A DNA stretch of 64,000 nucleotides, from positions 7,298 through 71,297 of the forward strand of contig JANXCC010000006.1 of the NCBI GenBank assembly GCA_025060395.1. Direction: 5' to 3'. The stretch comes from Candidatus Bipolaricaulota bacterium (GTDB taxonomy: Bacteria; Bipolaricaulota; Bipolaricaulia; RBG-16-55-9; DRXL01). The stretch's first letter is position 1. The number at the start of each line of letters is the position of its first letter. Below are positions 55,639 to 62,561 of this stretch, piece by piece. The position numbers and the translations under genes were made by a program. The notes under the pieces were generated by a model, which saw nothing but the letters and a program-made list of their open reading frames with translations, was not told the origin of the DNA and searched no databases.

Positions 55639-56610
55639 TCAGAAGCTCAACACCTTCTTAATCCCCTTCTTGACCCGCCCCGCATCGGGCAGATAGTACT
55701 GCTCCATGGTCAGATAGGGAATGTGCGTGTCGTATCCTGTGACGCGCACCACCGGGGCTTGTAGATGCAAGAGCGCTCTCTCCATAATGAGCGCCGTCAG
55801 CTCCGAAGCCAAGCTGCACGTGCGCGGGGCCTCTTGCACAATGACGACGCGCCCCGTCTTGGTCACAGAACTGAGCACCGTCTCGATGTCCAATGGCGCG
55901 AGCGTGCGCAGATCTATCAACTCGACGCTGATGTTCTCTAATTGCTCAATCGCTTGTAGGCAGACTCTCACCATCGCGCCCCAGGAGATCACCGTGACGT
56001 CGGTGCCCTCACGGACAATACTCGCTTTGCCAATAGGGATGGTGTAGTCGCCCTCGGGCACTTCTTGGCGAAACGCGCGATAGAGTCGCTTTGGCTCGAA
56101 GAAAATGACAGGATCAGGGTCCCTGATTGCCGAGATCAATAAGCCCTTGGCGTCGTAGGGATTAGACGGGATGACGACCTTCAAGCCCGGCGTATGGACA
56201 TAGTACGCCTCCGGGGCTTCCGAGTGATGCTCCAGCGCCCGAATCCCTCCCCCATAGGGCACGCGGATTACGAGGGGCACGTGAAACCGTCCCCGGGATC
56301 GCCAGCGGATGCGCGCCGCATGCGAGACGATCTGGTCAAACGCTGGGGCCATAAAGCCATCAAATTGAATCTCCGCCACAGGCTTGAGTCCGTTCAACGC
56401 CATCCCTATCGCTGTCCCGATAATACCCGATTCAGCCAACGGCGTGTCAATCGCTCGATCCGGCCCGAATTCTTGATAGAGCCCTTCTGTAGCACGAAAG
56501 ACCCCACCGTTGACCCCGACATCCTCGCCCATCACTAGCACGGTCGGATCACGGCGCATCTCAGTTCTGAGCGCATCGTTGATCGCCTGGATCAGCGTCA
56601 TCTGCGGCAT
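55639..56610 (-). CDS. 2-oxoacid dehydrogenase E1 component beta subunit, paralogue 2
   Basis: Full-length transketolase-like E1-beta. Start aligned to paralogue 1 (MPQMTLIQAIN versus MPQLNLVQAIN); a GTG at 56619 is also possible. Confidence 0.9.
   Translation of the reverse strand: MPQMTLIQAINDALRTEMRRDPTVLVMGEDVGVNGGVFRATEGLYQEFGPDRAIDTPLAESGIIGTAIGMALNGLKPVAEIQFDGFMAPAFDQIVSHAARIRWRSRGRFHVPLVIRVPYGGGIRALEHHSEAPEAYYVHTPGLKVVIPSNPYDAKGLLISAIRDPDPVIFFEPKRLYRAFRQEVPEGDYTIPIGKASIVREGTDVTVISWGAMVRVCLQAIEQLENISVELIDLRTLAPLDIETVLSSVTKTGRVVIVQEAPRTCSLASELTALIMERALLHLQAPVVRVTGYDTHIPYLTMEQYYLPDAGRVKKGIKKVLSF
56249..56415. repeat. 167-bp tract nearly identical (1 mismatch) to 57240-57406, inside E1-beta paralogue 2
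   Basis: Base-by-base comparison: 140 identical bp, one mismatch at 56389, then 26 identical bp. Flanking codons differ at many synonymous and non-synonymous sites. Confidence 0.85.
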
Positions 56611-56623
56611 AGGGATCACTCTC

Positions 56624-57601
56624 TCAGTAGCTAAGTACTTTCTCTATGCCTCTCAGGCAACGCCCCACATCGGGTAGGTAGTAGTCTTCGAGCCGTGGGT
56701 ATGGGATGATGGTATCAAACCCGGTTACACGCACAATTGGGGCCTTCAAATACTCAAATGCTTGCTCATTGACCAAGGCAGCAAGCTCCGAGCCAAAGCC
56801 ACACGTCCTCGGTGCCTCATGCATGATCACGACCCGTCCCGTCTTCTTGACTGACTCTACTACGGTCTCAATGTCAAGGGGTGCAAGTGTGCGCAGATCA
56901 ATCACTTCGACGCTAGCGTTGCGCGCTGCCATCTTCTCAGCGGCTTGGAGCGCAATGGGCACCATCGCGCCCCAGACGATCAGCGTCACGTCGGAGCCCT
57001 CACGAGCGATGCGCGCCTCGCCAATAGGAACGACATAGTCTCCTTCAGGGACTTCGGCACGGAACGCGCGATAGAGCCTCTTCGGCTCAAAGTAGATCAC
57101 AGGATCTGGGTCGCGGATCGCCGCGATGAGGAGCCCTTTCGCATCATAGGGATTAGACGGGATGACGACCTTCAAGCCCGGCGTGTGCGTGTAATACGCT
57201 TCGGGGCTTTCGGAATGGAGCTCTGGGCCACGGATGCCACCCCCATAGGGCACGCGGATTACGAGGGGCACGTGAAACCGTCCCCGGGATCGCCAGCGGA
57301 TGCGCGCCGCATGCGAGACGATCTGGTCAAACGCTGGGGCCATAAAGCCATCAAATTGAATCTCCGCCACAGGCTTGAGCCCGTTCAACGCCATCCCTAT
57401 CGCTGTGCCTACAATGCCGGCTTCTGATAAGGGGGTATCGATAGCGCGATCGGGCCCAAATTCTTTGTAGAGATTCTCCGTGACGCGAAAGACTCCACCG
57501 TTGACCCCAACGTCCTCGCCTAGCACGAGCACTGTGGGGTCGCGGCGCATCTCGGTTCTGAGCGCGTCATTAATCGCTTGGACGAGATTGAGCTGAGGCA
57601 T
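56624..57601 (-). CDS. 2-oxoacid dehydrogenase E1 component beta subunit, paralogue 1
   Basis: MPQLNLVQAINDALRTEM...GEDVG..GGVFR...IDTPLSEAGIVG, canonical E1-beta. Lies 2 nt after the E1-alpha stop. Confidence 0.92.
   Translation of the reverse strand: MPQLNLVQAINDALRTEMRRDPTVLVLGEDVGVNGGVFRVTENLYKEFGPDRAIDTPLSEAGIVGTAIGMALNGLKPVAEIQFDGFMAPAFDQIVSHAARIRWRSRGRFHVPLVIRVPYGGGIRGPELHSESPEAYYTHTPGLKVVIPSNPYDAKGLLIAAIRDPDPVIYFEPKRLYRAFRAEVPEGDYVVPIGEARIAREGSDVTLIVWGAMVPIALQAAEKMAARNASVEVIDLRTLAPLDIETVVESVKKTGRVVIMHEAPRTCGFGSELAALVNEQAFEYLKAPIVRVTGFDTIIPYPRLEDYYLPDVGRCLRGIEKVLSY
57240..57406. repeat. partner copy of the 167-bp near-identical tract, inside E1-beta paralogue 1
   Basis: See 56249-56415. 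The two + strand antisense track ORFs share the identical peptide DYEGHVKPSPGSPADARRMRDDLVKRWGHKAIKLNLRHRLE, which confirms the identity. Confidence 0.85.
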
Positions 57602-57603
57602 AG

Positions 57604-58713
57604 TTACTCTTTCGGGAGGTCACCGCCGTGCTCAGCTAAATATTCCCTGAGCTCCTGAAGCTGTTCTTTGAGGTTCCACGGCATCTCGGCATACATGTAT
57701 TTGAAGATCTCTTCGACGTTGCGCTTGGGAAGCGCTTCGTATTGAGCGACGGCTTGCGCGATCTCAGCTTTGGCCTCTTCTATGAGTTTGGCTTCGTCGT
57801 GCTCACTCCAGAGCCCTTGTCTTTCAAGATAGAGCCTCAAGCGCTTGATGGGGTCTTTCTGTTTCCACATTTCGACCTCTTCGGCGGGGCGATAGCGCGT
57901 CCAGTCGTCGGCCGTCGTATGATGCGTCAAGCGATAAGTCACGGCTTCGATCAGGGTTGGGCCGCCGCCGTTGCGCGCCTTCTCGAGCGCGTCGCGTGTC
58001 ACTTTGTAGACAGCAAAGACGTCGTTTCCGTCGACTTGAACGCCTTCGAACCCGTACGCGATAGCCTTTTGAGCGATCGTCTCCGAAGCTGTCTGTCTAG
58101 TGCGCGGCACGGAGATCGCATATTGATTATTCTGGCAGAAGAAGACGACAGGAACCTTGAAGACTCCGGCGAAGTTGAGCCCTTCGTGAAAGTCACCCTC
58201 GGATGTGGCGCCATCGCCGAAGTAGACGATCACTGCGGAGCGCTCGCCTTTGATCTTAGCAGCCCACGCCGCTCCCGTGGCGTGCAAGATTTGTGTAGCG
58301 ATGGGCACGCAAACCATGAAGTTCCTTATGCCTTCGGGGATGCGATTGCCCTCCTCGTTGCCTCCCCAATACGTAAAGAGCTGGAGCCAGCTCTGCCCAC
58401 GCATAGCAAGTACAATGTGCTCGCGGTAACTTGGGAAGACCCAGTCTTCGGGCTTGAGCGCATAGGCGCTGCCCACCTGGGCTGCCTCTTGCCCAAGCAA
58501 CGGCGCGTACGTTCCCAAGCGCCCCTGTCTTTGTAATGCTAAAGCCCGCTCGTCGAAGGTGCGCGCCAGCACCATCCACCGATACATGGCCTTAAAGTCG
58601 TGGGGCTTGAGCCCCAGCTCGACGATATCATTAGGATTGGCCATCCCCTCAGGATCGAGAATCTGCACAAACGGAACGAGCGGTTCACGCTGCAAAGTAG
58701 CCTTAGCTGCCAT
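57604..58713 (-). CDS. 2-oxoacid dehydrogenase E1 component alpha subunit (TPP-dependent)
   Basis: TPP motif YFGDGATSEGDFHEGLNFA...NNQYAIS. Overlaps the lipA stop by 11 nt. Confidence 0.92.
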   Translation of the reverse strand: MAAKATLQREPLVPFVQILDPEGMANPNDIVELGLKPHDFKAMYRWMVLARTFDERALALQRQGRLGTYAPLLGQEAAQVGSAYALKPEDWVFPSYREHIVLAMRGQSWLQLFTYWGGNEEGNRIPEGIRNFMVCVPIATQILHATGAAWAAKIKGERSAVIVYFGDGATSEGDFHEGLNFAGVFKVPVVFFCQNNQYAISVPRTRQTASETIAQKAIAYGFEGVQVDGNDVFAVYKVTRDALEKARNGGGPTLIEAVTYRLTHHTTADDWTRYRPAEEVEMWKQKDPIKRLRLYLERQGLWSEHDEAKLIEEAKAEIAQAVAQYEALPKRNVEEIFKYMYAEMPWNLKEQLQELREYLAEHGGDLPKE

Positions 58714-59512
58714 GATGACGGTCTTCCCCCCTTGAACGCAGCAAGCTCTTGATGAAGAACTCCCCAGCTCGATAGCTGCTTCGCACTAGTGGGCCTGAAG
58801 CAACGTAGCGAAAGCCCATGGCTTCGCCGATCTCCTTCCACCTGGCGAACTTCTCCGGATGCACATACTCGATAACTTCTATATGTCGTGGGCTGGGGCG
58901 CAGATACTGCCCAATAGTGAGAAAGTCCACCCCAACGGCGCGCAAGTCGCGCATCGTCTGCAGAATCTCTGCGTCGGTCTCGCCCAGCCCGACCATGAGC
59001 GAAGACTTCGTGTAGCGTGTCGGATCGAGCTTTTTTACGTTCTCTAAGACAGTCAGCGACTGGCGATACGTCGCTCGGCGGTCGCGGACTTTCGACGTGA
59101 GTCGCTCGACAGTCTCTATATTATGACCGATGACATCGGGTCGGGCGCTGACGACTTTCTCAAGAGCGTTTATGTCGCCGCGAAAGTCGGGAATGAGCAC
59201 TTCGACGAGCGTCGTTGGAGCCTTCTGTTTGATTGCTTGTATAGTTTGGGCAAAATGCTCCGCACCGCCATCGGGCAGATCATCGCGACAGACGCTGGTC
59301 AAGACCACATAGTCTAAGCCCCACCGGCTGATGACCTGGGCGACCTTCCACGGCTCCAGAGGGTCTAAGTATCCGTTGGGATGACCGCTGGTGACGGCGC
59401 AAAAGCGACACCCGCGGGTACAGACGTCGCCCATGAGCATGATCGTCGCGGTACCGCCGCCCCAGCACTCATGCACATTGGGGCAATGCGCCTCTTCACA
59501 AACAGTGTGCAA
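58703..59512 (-). CDS. lipA: lipoyl synthase LipA (minimal ORF from the first canonical start, TTG; the real 5' end is probably upstream)
   Basis: CEEAHCPNVHECW plus radical-SAM CTRGCRFCAV. The conserved N-terminal TKPEWLKIRPPAGQNYIEIKETLRKHG is encoded in frame upstream (59513-59617). No ATG, GTG or TTG occurs after the in-frame TGA at 59618-59620. Confidence 0.9.
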   Translation of the reverse strand: MHTVCEEAHCPNVHECWGGGTATIMLMGDVCTRGCRFCAVTSGHPNGYLDPLEPWKVAQVISRWGLDYVVLTSVCRDDLPDGGAEHFAQTIQAIKQKAPTTLVEVLIPDFRGDINALEKVVSARPDVIGHNIETVERLTSKVRDRRATYRQSLTVLENVKKLDPTRYTKSSLMVGLGETDAEILQTMRDLRAVGVDFLTIGQYLRPSPRHIEVIEYVHPEKFARWKEIGEAMGFRYVASGPLVRSSYRAGEFFIKSLLRSRGEDRHHGS

Positions 59513-59646
59513 CCCGTGCTTGCGCAGCGTCTCTTTGATCTCGATATAGTTCTGGCCCGCCGGGGGTCGGATCTTGAGCCATTCAGGTTTTGTGCGTGTC
59601 GTAGCCGCGATAGTGCCTCACTCCCTTGGACAGCTCATTCTTTAGC

Positions 59647-59675
59647 ATTATAGGGGATGAGAGAGAGAGTTGCAA
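59647..59675 (-). promoter_or_regulatory. near-consensus promoter of lipA (TTGCAA-N17-TATAAT), with the -10 box 8 nt before ATG 59638
   Basis: On the minus strand, TTGCAA is at 59675-59670 and TATAAT at 59652-59647, followed by gctaaaga and then ATG at 59638-59636. Confidence 0.5.
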
Positions 59676-59697
59676 AAGCTTCGTATAATACTTGGAT

Positions 59698-60366
59698 ATG
59701 GATCTGTTTTGGGTTTATAAGCAGCTCTTCGCTCGCTATGGCCCGCAGCACTGGTGGCCTGCAGAGACGCCGTTTGAGGTCATCGTTAGCGCGATCTTAA
59801 CACAGTCTGTGAATTGGCAGAACGTCGAACGCGCCATCGAAAACCTCAAACAGCACAACGCCCTCACGTCAGGTAGACTCTATAAACTCCCTGAAGAAGA
59901 GCTAGCAGAACTGATCCGCCCCGCGGGGTACTTTCGCCAGAAAGCCAAGAAACTCAAAGCATTCATCAACCATCTGCACCTCGAACATAACGGCGATCTG
60001 TCTAGGATGCTGGCGCAGCCCATGAAAAAACTTCGAGCCGAATTGCTCTCGATCTGGGGCATCGGCCCAGAGACTGCGGATTCCATCTTACTCTACGCCG
60101 CTCAAAAGCCGATCTTTGTCGTGGATGCGTATACCAAGCGTATCTTCTCTCGGATGGGGCTTGTCAGCTCAGAGATCTCTTACGACGAATTACAGCGATT
60201 CTGTATGGCTCAGCTTCCCAAAAGCGTCAAGCTCTTCAACGAATACCACGCGCTGCTTGTGCGTCATGGGAAAGAAGTCTGTCGCTCCAAGCCCTGCTGC
60301 CTACGGTGCGTGCTTGCACGAGAGTGTCAATTTTGGCGTCGCAACTCCTCGGCCTTAGGCAGATAG
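59698..60366 (+). CDS. endonuclease III-like HhH-GPD DNA glycosylase with a C-terminal 4-Cys cluster motif
   Basis: HhH region LLSIWGIGPETADSILLYA, VDAYTKRI, and C-x6-C-x2-C-x5-C (CRSKPCCLRCVLARECQF). TATAAT at 59684-59689 lies 8 nt before ATG 59698, with no Shine-Dalgarno. Confidence 0.85.
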   Translation: MDLFWVYKQLFARYGPQHWWPAETPFEVIVSAILTQSVNWQNVERAIENLKQHNALTSGRLYKLPEEELAELIRPAGYFRQKAKKLKAFINHLHLEHNGDLSRMLAQPMKKLRAELLSIWGIGPETADSILLYAAQKPIFVVDAYTKRIFSRMGLVSSEISYDELQRFCMAQLPKSVKLFNEYHALLVRHGKEVCRSKPCCLRCVLARECQFWRRNSSALGR

Positions 60367-60884
60367 AATGCCGCGCCGTTGCGCGCACGCAACGTCTGCT
60401 CTGCCGGCCCACGTTCCTCAAACGCCAAATCGAGCCCACGCTCGCTGGCTCCCTCGGTGTCCATCAGCCCCGCGTCGACATCGTAGCTCGCGCTCAAGGG
60501 CACGTAGACGTTATAGAGCGTACGCAGTTCTTTGCCGCGTCGGTCATAGACTCTCCCTTGATAGACGACAAACTGCAATTGCGGGCTCCAGAAGCGATAG
60601 CCGAACTCAACAGCTAATTTCGCGTAATTGCCTTCACTTGTCTTGACGTAGATAACAGTTCCCTGGATCTTGCCGGTGTCGCCGTTGTGGTGATCCAACT
60701 CGGCGCGTGTCAGCTCCGTCTTGTCATAGGGAGCTCCCTGAAGCATACTGAACGCGATCTCATCGAAGCTGAGCTGATCAGCCAGTAACAATGATTGAAC
60801 AAACGCGATCACGAGGGCAAGCGCAATTGCTGCCCCCATGACGACCAGCAAGCGTCCGTAAGTGAGGCCCCGGCGGCGTTCCAT
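60327..60884 (-). CDS. hypothetical N-terminally membrane-anchored protein
   Basis: 185 aa with one TM helix (LLVVMGAAIALALVIAF), then a beta-rich soluble domain. Lies 4 nt downstream of the RnfC-like gene. No family recognised. Confidence 0.5.
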   Translation of the reverse strand: MERRRGLTYGRLLVVMGAAIALALVIAFVQSLLLADQLSFDEIAFSMLQGAPYDKTELTRAELDHHNGDTGKIQGTVIYVKTSEGNYAKLAVEFGYRFWSPQLQFVVYQGRVYDRRGKELRTLYNVYVPLSASYDVDAGLMDTEGASERGLDLAFEERGPAEQTLRARNGAAFYLPKAEELRRQN

Positions 60885-60888
60885 GGGG

Positions 60889-61974
60889 TTACTTCTTCTC
60901 GATACGCACGAATTTCTCGGTCACTTCAGTGACAACCCCGTCGATGCTGGCGTGATGAGCCACACTCAACAGATTAAAGTCGTTGATTGGGCCATCTAAC
61001 GGCTTCGCGATGGGATCGCCGATCTTGACCCGGTCACCGACTTTGACGGTAGGGATGCTGGGCTTGCCCCTAGGGCCGTCTTGGTGCATAAAGATCTTCA
61101 CGCGCGTCACCTTGTCACGGAGGTCCAAGACGTCGGCGGGTGTGGGATGCCAGTCCAAATAGCGTTCTAGGCCGAGTTTCTTCATGGCTTCGGGGAGGGT
61201 GTCGTCCCACGTTGGAGCGGGCTGACCTGGCAGCGGGCGCAAGCTCACCTGGTCGGCGACGTACTTAGCCGCTTCAATCACCAAAAAACCGTTGGTCTTC
61301 TTGGTGACGGCGTGCTCGCCGACGTTCACTCTGTCGCCCATAAGCGGGCCGCCGTCGAGCACAGCTAATTTATTGTATCGCGTCGTGTCCACGCCGATCA
61401 TCGCGAGAACATCTATTAAATATGTGCCGACGGGAGCGAGCACTACGGTCTGCTTGGCGACCTCGCCGTAGACGTTCAGATACTTTTCGGTGACGGGCTG
61501 GCCTAGAAAGAGCGCGCGGTACATATTGTAGACGGTCTCGACGTTGTTGACCGTCACCCCAACGTGCAAGGGTATCTTTCCGGGTGGGACTTCAAGCCCT
61601 GTCACGGCCTTCGTCAGCCATTTCTCCTCACCCATGCCGTAGATACTGGGCGTATAGCGAATCTCGAAGCCGTATCGCTCGCGCAGTGGCTCCAAGAGAT
61701 TTTTGTCCTTCTCCTTAGCCCCAATGATGATCTGTTCAAAGCCGAAGATCCGTTTGAGCGCATCAAAGACCTCGGCAAAGGCGTTCGCGTGGCTGATCAG
61801 CAAGATCTTATCGGCTTCATAGCCAGGTTCGCCCTCTTCGGCGTTCACGATTAATATCTTCGTCGGCGTGAGATACTTAAAGTACGTAGGGAAGCCAGCG
61901 CCGCCCGCGCCGATCAGCCCCATCTCACGAAAGAGTTTCACAGCGTCCTCTCGCGTCTGCACTGTCGTCATCAT
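60889..61974 (-). CDS. RnfC-like protein lacking the ferredoxin domain (Complex1_51K-like, SLBB-like and C-terminal barrel-sandwich domains)
   Basis: GLIGAGGAGFPTYFKY and ILIVNAEEGEPGYEADKILL resemble RnfC GLGGAGFPT and NGAECEPY. The C-terminus KVGDRVKIGDPIAKP...HHASIDGVVTEV resembles the RnfC N-terminal barrel. No Cys-rich Fe-S motifs. Confidence 0.6.
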   Translation of the reverse strand: MMTTVQTREDAVKLFREMGLIGAGGAGFPTYFKYLTPTKILIVNAEEGEPGYEADKILLISHANAFAEVFDALKRIFGFEQIIIGAKEKDKNLLEPLRERYGFEIRYTPSIYGMGEEKWLTKAVTGLEVPPGKIPLHVGVTVNNVETVYNMYRALFLGQPVTEKYLNVYGEVAKQTVVLAPVGTYLIDVLAMIGVDTTRYNKLAVLDGGPLMGDRVNVGEHAVTKKTNGFLVIEAAKYVADQVSLRPLPGQPAPTWDDTLPEAMKKLGLERYLDWHPTPADVLDLRDKVTRVKIFMHQDGPRGKPSIPTVKVGDRVKIGDPIAKPLDGPINDFNLLSVAHHASIDGVVTEVTEKFVRIEKK

Positions 61975-62033
61975 AAGAGTCTCCTTTCAGCTCTCCTTGG
62001 TAGGATAAAGCAAATCGACGATGTTTTCAAAGG

Positions 62034-62561
62034 TCAGCGTGGGATCTTGGCGAGCACCGCGCGCGCTGCTGCGAGTGCCGCGCTCTTGAGAGCCTCAGTG
62101 TCGGTCTCGCTCCCCTGGACGGCGCTCACGAAGATCGCGACAAAAAGCGCCCCATGTCGCCAGAAGAGCCCCACACCATCAGGCTCAGGAGCGAGCTCCA
62201 CTGTGCGCCCGTCCAGATCAATGGATTCTGTCTGCGCGCCTTGGAGCAAGAGATCTCGCGCTTCTGAAATCTTTGTTGGGTCTTTGAACTTGAAGATCGT
62301 CAGCCCCACGCGCTCGATCTTCCCGCTCCAAGGGCCGCCAGGAGCGGGCGTGTAGAACGCATGGGACGAGTACTCTTCGCCGGGGAAGGCCGGCTCAATC
62401 CGTGCTTCTTTCGCGACCAAGATAAAGCCCTCTAGGGCCTCAGGGATGAGCGTCTCGGGAGCCGGCCCGGCGGGCGGGCTCGCCCCCAGCATAAAGAACA
62501 GCCCTACAGCAACGACGGCGGCCAAAGCTACAAAGACCCAAACAATAGGGTTATTCATCAT
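62034..62561 (-). CDS. hypothetical N-terminally membrane-anchored protein
   Basis: 175 aa with one TM helix (IVWVFVALAAVVAVGLFFML), then a soluble domain. 4-nt overlap with the SPFH gene. No family recognised. Confidence 0.5.
   Translation of the reverse strand: MMNNPIVWVFVALAAVVAVGLFFMLGASPPAGPAPETLIPEALEGFILVAKEARIEPAFPGEEYSSHAFYTPAPGGPWSGKIERVGLTIFKFKDPTKISEARDLLLQGAQTESIDLDGRTVELAPEPDGVGLFWRHGALFVAIFVSAVQGSETDTEALKSAALAAARAVLAKIPR

Noticed and set aside
57742-58536. Long antisense ORFs opposite well-supported genes. Examples: 57742-58536 (+, 264 aa, opposite E1-alpha), 21356-22051 (-, opposite pdxS), 23126-23698 (-, opposite gap), 6958-7671 (+, opposite rny), 43673-44236 (+, opposite E2) and 48015-48587 (+, opposite the beta-helix gene).
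   Set aside because: Each lies entirely inside a gene whose translation has unmistakable family motifs. Their own translations are Arg/Ala/Ser/Asp-rich, low-complexity and motif-free. GC-rich DNA routinely leaves such stop-free antisense frames.
59618-59620. Genome-wide TGA reassignment, or selenocysteine, as the explanation for the in-frame TGA in lipA.
   Set aside because: TGA terminates several genes in the window exactly where homologues end, for example the GGR-family gene at 1048-1050, secA at 6582-6584 and the MMPL gene at 8625-8627. I see no convincing SECIS-like hairpin just downstream of the lipA TGA. I also know of no selenocysteine in the LipA N-terminus.
59670-59689. The palindromic TTGCAA at 59670-59675 as a shared -35 box for both the lipA and the endoIII-like promoters.
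   Set aside because: Spacing to the + strand TATAAT (59684-59689) is only 8 nt, far from the 16-18 nt needed. It fits only the minus-strand (lipA) promoter.
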